NCBI GenBank assembly: GCA_965649765.1 | Contig: OZ287750.1 | Coordinates: 26,040,001 to 26,104,000 of the forward strand | From: Bispira polyomma | Lineage: Eukaryota | Reading direction: 5' to 3' | Length of the DNA: 64,000 bases | Shown: piece by piece, positions 62,199 through 64,000 of the stretch | Layout: each line of letters begins with the position of its first letter | How positions within the stretch are numbered: position 1 is the first letter of the stretch | Position numbers and translations under genes: made by a program | Notes under the pieces: generated by a model | Seen by the model: only the letters and a program-made list of their open reading frames with translations | The model's database searches: none | What the model was told of the DNA's origin: nothing

Positions 62199-64000
62199 AG
62201 ATGTTTTTGTACCATTTACCGTTATGGCAATAATAGGCTTTGTTGTGGTCACTCACATACCAGTATCAGAATATGATATTTAGAGGCTTTAACTTTAGTT
62301 TTTTATCCACAGAGATCTTAAGCTTATAAGAGGATCAAGGTAACACACATGGCTTCAGACATAGTTACTGAGGTTAAACCGCCCATTACAACAAATATAG
62401 TACAATTATCCAAAAGATCGATTGAATTAACTTATTTGTTCACTTTTTACAGTGGCATTCCTGACTGAGTTCTTAGAGTACATATGATGTCACCCCCCTC
62501 CCCCCTGCAGGCACTCACTTTCACTCCTAACTACTTTATAACTAAAATCTTGCTCTCCAAAAATGTTCATTTGACAGAGGTTCTAATGTACACCTATCAG
62601 CCCTCCCGATTTATTTTAACATTGCAAAATATTATTTTTAAAAACATCCAATGTTGGGTCCCCTTATCAGATGCATTTGTAACTGCTAGAACTTTATTTT
62701 GAATGAATATATAAAGACTAATGAGATGTAGATGAGTTTGTAATGATAAACAGTCAGGAACCTCATCCAGTAATTCTATCTTCATGTCCATATGTTATGT
62801 CTGTAATTCGATCTCCATATAGGTTACACTCCAAAGGACTGGAATAGCGTCAGAACCTAGAATGACAAGCGCAGACTTCCTACTTAAGGCTTTAGTAACG
62901 TAAACACAAATGCCCAGCCCGTTAATTATACTGCACTTACGAAAATATTTTAATCATAACTACCCACTATGGTAGTCTTAAAACATGTCTTTAGTGATAG
63001 TTTTAACCATTTTTATAGGCAAATACAATTTAAAACTTTAATATTTTGTTGCAAAGAAATAGTCATGTAACAATTCTTGTATTATGACGTTACACAATTT
63101 CAAAATCTACATAGAACGTCATATTTGTAAACAAATCTCAAATGCCTTTAGAAAATGTATATATTATTTTTATTGATTTCTTTTTAGAAATTTATTTCTG
63201 TACATGTTTATTTTGCCCCATTTCACAGCCCTAAAAACCCCTTCTTAAACTTTTGAAGTGGATTGACGTCAAATTGAGAACAGTAAACTACATTCTAGCC
63301 TATGTTTTTTCCCAACTCAGAATTACACAAAAAAAAATTGTTATACTTGTATATGGCTCTCTTTTACATACAGGCCACCCTTTTTAGGAATACATACTTG
63401 ACATTTTCTTCAACTGTGTTTTTAAATTTTGTTAAAGTGAAACAATTTCAAGCCTGCTTAAATATTTAATTATGTGTAAATAAAATATAAATACATTGCT
63501 GAATCAAAAAAAACAAAACTTTTTTTATATATTCGTTTGAAAAAAATGAAAATATCTCTTTTTCTAAATTTCCATACAATAAAATAAATGACACCTTGTA
63601 ACAGGAATCTAAAATGTTTCAGATACAGTAGTGATTTGTATAAACGCCCTCTCCTTTATAAACACCCCTCATGTCGCCATGTCTTCCCCAATTTTTTTAC
63701 AACAAAATAATGACACCTTGTAATAGGAATATAAAATGTGTCAGATGCTGTAGTACAAACATCCATTCACCCCTGCATTTTTACACACATTAAATTGTTA
63801 TATAACAAGTGGTGTTATAGACCCCGAAAAAGGCGGGTTGTGTAGTTGGTATCAGGGATAGGGTCCAGCAACAAATTTTAAGTTTATTATTTAAATGTCC
63901 GGAAGCCGTTTCCAAGATGGTGGCCATCTTGTTTTTTGGAATGGGCCCAAATACAATCCCAACCAAGCTATTGACATGATACACCTTCACAACAAATTTA

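Overview
AT-rich, intron-containing animal genomic DNA, most likely a mollusc or other lophotrochozoan (inferred from the SINE, MITE and Helentron types; the species cannot be identified). There are two spliced + strand genes. (1) The last two coding exons of a MARCH/RING-CH membrane E3 ubiquitin ligase (MARCH4/9/11-like, 1726-1815 and 3042-3425). It ends in an unusual PPAYV tail and is followed by what looks like a 3'UTR of up to ~10 kb. (2) A complete three-exon gene that the ORF track splits up (46669-46728, 50267-50430, 52013-52532). It encodes a 247-aa single-pass membrane protein with no signal peptide that I do not recognise. It has YDSI and LPSY motifs and a C-terminal CSVL (CaaX or PDZ), an IRF/ISRE-like motif next to its ATG, and a MITE-associated triplication of its last coding segment. 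The second copy of that segment keeps an open reading frame in phase with the exon-2 splice donor. The rest of the window is mostly mobile DNA: a young ~3 kb L2-clade LINE, older LINE 3' remnants, several tRNA-derived SINEs with swapped modules, Tc1/pogo-, Harbinger-, piggyBac- and hAT-type MITEs, and a non-autonomous Helentron. Most short ORFs in the track are spurious. I found no CRISPR array, rRNA or true tRNA gene. Repeat boundaries were read by eye and are approximate unless a target-site duplication (TSD) is quoted.
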